A DNA stretch of 64,000 nucleotides, from NCBI GenBank assembly GCA_021851895.1, contig JAJZQJ010000001.1:135338-199337 (forward strand), given 5' to 3'. Source of the DNA: a bacterium (GTDB lineage: Bacteria > Patescibacteriota > Minisyncoccia > Phycocordibacterales > UBA6899). Shown here one piece after another: positions 63,497 through 64,000 of this stretch. The notes under the pieces were generated by a model, which saw nothing but the letters and a program-made list of their open reading frames with translations, did no database searches and was not told the DNA's origin. Within the stretch, counting starts at the first letter, position 1. Every line of letters starts with the position of its first letter. The position numbers were made by a program, and so were the translations under genes.

Positions 63497-64000
63497 TTAC
63501 CAATTGCTTTTTGAGCTCTATGATACGCAATTCTCGATTTACCATGAGTTGATTGAGCTTCTCGACCTCCTCAACATGAGAACGCTCGCGCGCACTACGC
63601 ACTCGATCTTCGGTGATATCACGACCGATGACAACATACACCATTCCACCAGCATCATCCTCAAAACGCGAGAGCGAGAGAGAAAATGCACGTTCGTTAC
63701 CTGCCTTGTCCCGATGCACAAAAGAGCCATGGAATGCACCTTGCTGTGAGATCTCAGCATCGAACTCAGGAGAAAAGAGCTTCGATTGGCGCTCGAGAGG
63801 AATGAGCTGTAAGAATTCAAGCGTCTTTTTCCCAATGACCTGTTCTCTCTCATATCCGGTGAGCTGCTCCCACAAAGCATTCACGAAGATGAATCGATGA
63901 CTTGCGGAATCGAGTAGTGCGACGAGCATATCGGCACGTTCGATGACGAGCCGAAATTTCTTTGCATCGAAAAGCGCATCGAGGAGCGTGCGTGTCCTAT
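63480..64000 (-). CDS. PAS-domain protein with C-terminal coiled coil; 5' end outside the window
   Basis: Frame stays open to nt 64000 upstream of the first ATG (63929). PAS-like ...FIFVNALWEQLTGYEREQVIGKK...VVIGRDITE. C-terminal LNQLMVNRELRIIELKKQL, a motif shared with 61032..62303. Confidence 0.5.
   Translation of the reverse strand, partial: RTRTLLDALFDAKKFRLVIERADMLVALLDSASHRFIFVNALWEQLTGYEREQVIGKKTLEFLQLIPLERQSKLFSPEFDAEISQQGAFHGSFVHRDKAGNERAFSLSLSRFEDDAGGMVYVVIGRDITEDRVRSARERSHVEEVEKLNQLMVNRELRIIELKKQLVSGTSV

Overview
This 64 kb window looks like a compact bacterial chromosome segment, probably from a small-genome CPR/Patescibacteria-type lineage. The basis for that guess is the short housekeeping genes, the many membrane-anchored domain-of-unknown-function proteins, a NusB-NUDIX fusion, and one giant surface protein. 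That lineage assignment is inference only. Overall GC is about 50%.

The housekeeping backbone is well supported: RNase J (C-terminal fragment), lexA plus a Y-family polymerase, rpsP, trmD, khpA, RNase R, smc, rnc, nusB (fused to NUDIX), rpmF, dnaE, thrS, dedA, and a YvcK/CofD-like protein. Most genes are followed by clear rho-independent terminator hairpins. I found no tRNA, rRNA, CRISPR array or transposase.

The most notable content, in rough order of interest:
- A 2 kb GC-rich island (about 37,000-39,050, roughly 63% GC against roughly 50% either side) sits next to rpsP. It holds four co-oriented small genes on the minus strand (a 93-aa acidic protein, a 49-aa peptide, a 296-aa Cys-rich protein, and an HNH-like Cys/His protein). 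Each has a strong Shine-Dalgarno site, two near-consensus TTGACA-N16-TATAAT promoters drive them, and each unit has its own terminator.
- An 18.9 kb single ORF (5790..24683, minus strand) encodes a 6,297-aa surface protein with N-terminal TM helices, a Ser/Thr/Ala/Pro-rich linker, DUF2341-like and FN3-like modules, beta-helix-type Gly-rich repeats and three tandem ~780-aa repeat units. Directly upstream on the same strand are a dockerin-containing secreted protein, an Hsp20, and a cohesin-like membrane-anchored protein.
- The lexA to Y-family-polymerase SOS operon carries a perfect CGAACAATTGTTCG LexA box. A four-helix-bundle (23S rRNA intervening-sequence protein family) gene has been inserted into it, bounded by perfect 30-bp inverted repeats built from GTCATGA heptamers. 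Similar heptamer-array inverted repeats occur at three other loci.
- A tandem triplication (about 99/109/104 bp units) copies the 3' end of rpmF plus its terminator.
- A three-gene sensory operon (PAS, membrane PBP, Cache-HAMP) has no recognisable output domain, but two of its proteins share a C-terminal coiled-coil motif.
- Fusion proteins: NusB-NUDIX, and DUF378 with a Cys/His-rich tail.

All calls rest on reading the translated ORFs and the DNA by eye. No database search was run. Hairpin, promoter and other motif coordinates were counted by hand and may be off by 1-2 nt.
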